DNA of 64,000 bases from Spirochaetia bacterium (GTDB taxonomy: Bacteria > Spirochaetota > Spirochaetia > UBA9216), in NCBI GenBank assembly GCA_965140585.1, contig OZ223264.1, positions 64,001-128,000 on the forward strand, in the 5' to 3' direction. The notes under the pieces are model-generated. The model saw only the letters and a list, made by a program, of their open reading frames with translations, was not told the DNA's origin and did not search any database. This document shows, in pieces, positions 60,994 through 64,000 of the stretch. The position numbers were made by a program, and so were the translations under genes. Numbering within the stretch: the first letter of the stretch is position 1; each line of letters starts with the position of its first letter.

Positions 60994-62286
60994 TTATTTG
61001 CAGGTCATTATATCTAGAATGAGTTTATCGGTTTCGGCCATTCCCTGTGATGCGATAACCGCCAGGTTTTTAATGGTTTTTTCGATATCCTTCTCGATTA
61101 TGCCTTCATACTCGGTTACATAAAGATTGTGCACTGCCAGGATTGCCGACTGCATTGCAGCGCTTACAGATGTTGAAACCTTAAGCGCGCAGCCGGCTTT
61201 TGCTCCGTCGCAAATCATTCCAGCAATATTGCCGATCATGTTCTTGATGGTGTGTTTGACGCAGTTGGCATCTCCGCCCATCAGAAAAACTACGCCGGCA
61301 CTCGCTCCTGTTGCCGCTGAAACAGCCCCGCAAAATGCCGAAAGCCGGTCCATAAAGGTTTTCAGGTGTATTGCTACCAGATTTCCCATCAGAAGAGCTC
61401 TTTCAGTTTTTTCTGTGGAAGCTCCCAGCTTTCCTGCCACCGCAGTAATGGGAACAGAAACTGTTATTCCCTGATTACCACTCCCCGAATTGCTCATGAC
61501 CGGCATCATGCTTCCGGCCATTCTTGCGTCAGAAGCCGCTGCGGCGCGTGACATTGCATAGGTGGTGATGTCCTGCTTGATTATGTCTTTGTCGATACAG
61601 TGGACAACTGTCTTCCCTACCTGCAGCCCGTAGCGGCCTTTCAATCCCTCGTCGGCAATTGCATCGTTAAGTGCTGCTCCGTCAAAAATGAACTGAACAG
61701 CCGGACGGATTTTTTCCAGATCACAGCCAGATGCGAACTCGAAAATTTCTTCCACCGTTGTAAGTACTTCATCATGGGCTTCGGTGAATTTCTGAAGTTC
61801 GGCTGTGTTGTCGAGGATGATGTTTTTATCAGCTGCCATGTAGATAAAATTTGTGTGGTGTCCGGCAATGATGACAGACGCCTTATGTTCTCCGGCAATT
61901 GCCACTGCCTCTATATACAGCTTTTCGGGAGTGTCCTTTTTATGAATTGTAACAAAGTCTTTGAATACAAGCTGTTTTGCCTGCTCAACTATAGGTGCTG
62001 AAATACTTTTCAGCACTTCAAGCTCTGCATTGGCATCACCGCCTATTGCTCCAAGGGCTGCTGCAATATGAAGTCCGACAGTGTCTGTGCCGGGGATCCC
62101 GACACCCATTCCGTTTTTGATGATATTACCGCTTGCAAAAATGTCTATTTTTTCGGGCTTTTTTTTCAGCAGTTCGGCGGCTTTTGCCGAAGCAAGAGCG
62201 ACTGCAATTGGTTCGGTGCAGCCGAGTGCCGGTTTTACTTCTTTCTGAAGAAGTCCTATAAGTATGTCGGTTTTATTGCTGTTCAT
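60994..62286 (-). CDS. L-cysteine desulfidase (CyuA/YhaM, serine dehydratase alpha-like family)
   Basis: PALGCTEP, SDARMAG, SNSGSGNQG, LSAFCG, GMICDGAKAGCALK. Confidence 0.88.
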   Translation of the reverse strand: MNSNKTDILIGLLQKEVKPALGCTEPIAVALASAKAAELLKKKPEKIDIFASGNIIKNGMGVGIPGTDTVGLHIAAALGAIGGDANAELEVLKSISAPIVEQAKQLVFKDFVTIHKKDTPEKLYIEAVAIAGEHKASVIIAGHHTNFIYMAADKNIILDNTAELQKFTEAHDEVLTTVEEIFEFASGCDLEKIRPAVQFIFDGAALNDAIADEGLKGRYGLQVGKTVVHCIDKDIIKQDITTYAMSRAAAASDARMAGSMMPVMSNSGSGNQGITVSVPITAVAGKLGASTEKTERALLMGNLVAIHLKTFMDRLSAFCGAVSAATGASAGVVFLMGGDANCVKHTIKNMIGNIAGMICDGAKAGCALKVSTSVSAAMQSAILAVHNLYVTEYEGIIEKDIEKTIKNLAVIASQGMAETDKLILDIMTCK

Positions 62287-63545
62287 TGTTCAGCCTTTGT
62301 AAGAGGGATTAGAATATTAACTTTAACATAGGGGTCTGATTTTTCAAGGGTGTGCATTACAACATTCTGGGCATGAATTTCGGAATTCATCTTTTTAAGC
62401 ATCTCTCTGGCAACATATAAGCCTATTCCCTGACTCCATTCCTCTTCGGGTATTCTTGTCGGGAATTTATCTATTGTATAAAAAAGGTCAAAGACATTCT
62501 CTGAATATTCATATGGAATTCCTGTTACCTTTTTTCCTTTTGCATCGGCACTTGAAGCCTCAACCGGGTTGTTCCAGAACGAAATATCGAGAAAATATTT
62601 ATCCTTGATTGAATTCACATCAAAGAAGATTATAATCTTGGAATTTTCCGGTGAATATTTTATGGAATTAAAAAGCAGCTCTCTGCATATCCGAAACAGA
62701 TTATCCTTATTGATGCTGAGAATGTAATCTTTTTTAGAACTGTTGGTGTTCAGGGAAATTCGTTTTTTGTATTTTGCCGCGACAGGAATGCCCTGAAGTT
62801 CATACTCGGTTTTGAAATTATCAAGAAATGTATTCAGGCTGATGTTTTCAATCGGGAATTCCGCGCTCATCAGTGTGTTGATATATGTCAGATCGTAGAT
62901 GATTTTTTGAATGTATTCTGCCGATTCCGTAATAAGGTTAAGCAGTGATTTACTCATCATCATTGAATCCTGTTCTGAATCGGAATCAGAGAGTTCCTGC
63001 TTAAGCAGATCCAGCCATACAAAACCTCCGGCATGTTCAATATTTCTTGAAAGAAAATTTAAAAGGCGGTTTGCCTGTGTAGATTCCTTTCCGCTGTAAA
63101 GTTCTTTCCATGAGACAATGCTTTCTTTTTGTTTCTTTTCAATAATCTCATCTTCACGGATTTTCTGCAGCAGAAGCTCCCGTTTTTTTTCACTGATAAG
63201 CCTCTCAATCTTGGGGAAGAGAGTTCCGACTTTGATTGGTTTTTTCAGATAGTCATCAGCCCCGAGCTTCATAAGTTCAATTACTGTATCAAGATCATCG
63301 TTGGCTGTAAGGAAGATAAAGGGGATGTCCGGTTTCATTTTTTTTACTTTTGAGTAAAAAACCTGTCCGTTCATAACCGGCATCATCAGATCTGATATTA
63401 TCAGATCGTAGTGTTCATTCTCTATTGAGTTTACTGCATCAATTCCGCTGCTGAAACAATTGAGGTCATATCTATCTTCCGGAAGAAGTGTTTTAAGGAG
63501 TGTGAGAATAATCTCATCATCGTCGAGGGCTAGTATCTTGTTCAT
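62283..63545 (-). CDS. Hybrid response regulator with C-terminal HATPase (kinase-like) domain
   Basis: LDDDE, SDLMMP, YLKKP; ELLFNSIKYS, VFDLFY, GIGLY; no canonical H-box recognised. Confidence 0.82.
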   Translation of the reverse strand: MNKILALDDDEIILTLLKTLLPEDRYDLNCFSSGIDAVNSIENEHYDLIISDLMMPVMNGQVFYSKVKKMKPDIPFIFLTANDDLDTVIELMKLGADDYLKKPIKVGTLFPKIERLISEKKRELLLQKIREDEIIEKKQKESIVSWKELYSGKESTQANRLLNFLSRNIEHAGGFVWLDLLKQELSDSDSEQDSMMMSKSLLNLITESAEYIQKIIYDLTYINTLMSAEFPIENISLNTFLDNFKTEYELQGIPVAAKYKKRISLNTNSSKKDYILSINKDNLFRICRELLFNSIKYSPENSKIIIFFDVNSIKDKYFLDISFWNNPVEASSADAKGKKVTGIPYEYSENVFDLFYTIDKFPTRIPEEEWSQGIGLYVAREMLKKMNSEIHAQNVVMHTLEKSDPYVKVNILIPLTKAEQ

Positions 63546-63606
63546 AAAGGCTTATTTTATATTCAGATTCAGATATTTACAATCCAAGATTACAATCAGT
63601 GACTAT

Positions 63607-63640
63607 AAAAAGGAACATCCGGGCCTCTGCCGGATGTTCC
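63607..63640 (-). terminator. Rho-independent terminator
   Basis: On the minus strand GGAACATCCGG-cagaggc-CCGGATGTTCC followed by TTTTT. Confidence 0.85.
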
Positions 63641-63738
63641 AGGTTGATCCATGTGTTATGCAAAACAGTTTTTTAAATGTAAATGGAATAGCCGTCGTGG
63701 ACGGCTGCGCCAAATGAAGCGTTAAGGAGTTTTCTTAA

Positions 63739-64000
63739 CTAGTCGAGTTTATATACAAGAACCAGCCCTGATCTCTGGAAGACCTGTGCTACTTCAATGA
63801 GATCCATACCGCCGGCATTTGCCGCAATAAGGTTTGAAACCCATGTTACACCGAAGTCAACCTGACCGGTATAAACAGCAGTTGTTTCGCCAATGTCGCC
63901 GCCTCCGGGGATTACAGTTACATCAAGACCGACTTCACTGTAGTAGCCCTTGTCGAGTGCAACGTAGTAACCCATGAACTGAGCCTGGGGAAGCCATTTA
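63739..64000 (-). CDS. NMT1/THI5-like ABC substrate-binding protein; start lies outside the window and it ends unusually early
   Basis: KWLPQAQFMGYYVALDKGYYSEVGLDV...PGG...QVFQRSG then TAG. Confidence 0.75.
   Translation of the reverse strand, partial: KWLPQAQFMGYYVALDKGYYSEVGLDVTVIPGGGDIGETTAVYTGQVDFGVTWVSNLIAANAGGMDLIEVAQVFQRSGLVLVYKLD

Noticed and set aside
1-64000. CRISPR array, tRNA/rRNA, transposase, integrase or phage genes
   Set aside because: No regularly spaced repeats, RNA-gene signatures or mobile-element protein motifs were recognised by eye or in the ORF track.

Overview
Bacterial chromosomal window of about 42-45% GC (by eye), most likely from a free-living or host-associated Spirochaetales genome. 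That assignment is an inference from spirochaete-type lipoprotein signal peptides, the MCP, HD-GYP and adenylate-cyclase content and a BMP-type nucleoside ABC operon. I saw no rRNA, tRNA, CRISPR array, integrase or transposase. Contents in order: carboxylesterase; exported HEAT-repeat protein; a roughly 4-25 kb zone with many broken genes (two MCPs, an HD-domain gene, a sigma54 activator with its GntP-like target operon, a multicopper-oxidase remnant) mixed with intact genes; a CsoR/CopA copper operon with a clear operator; an alpha-2-macroglobulin lacking the thioester motif next to pbpC; a nucleoside uptake and salvage operon; an ArsR/thioredoxin/DUF318 permease cluster; a YesN/YesM-type two-component system with a sugar ABC transporter; and cysteine desulfidase and rhodanese genes. 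The best candidate for an undescribed system is at 49176-57819. There a sensor kinase with no extracytoplasmic domain is co-encoded with a catalytically degenerate CUT2 ABC ATPase and an extra permease, directly upstream of a complete canonical sugar ABC transporter. This suggests a dedicated sensory pseudo-transporter. All product calls come from motif recognition only; no database searches were run.
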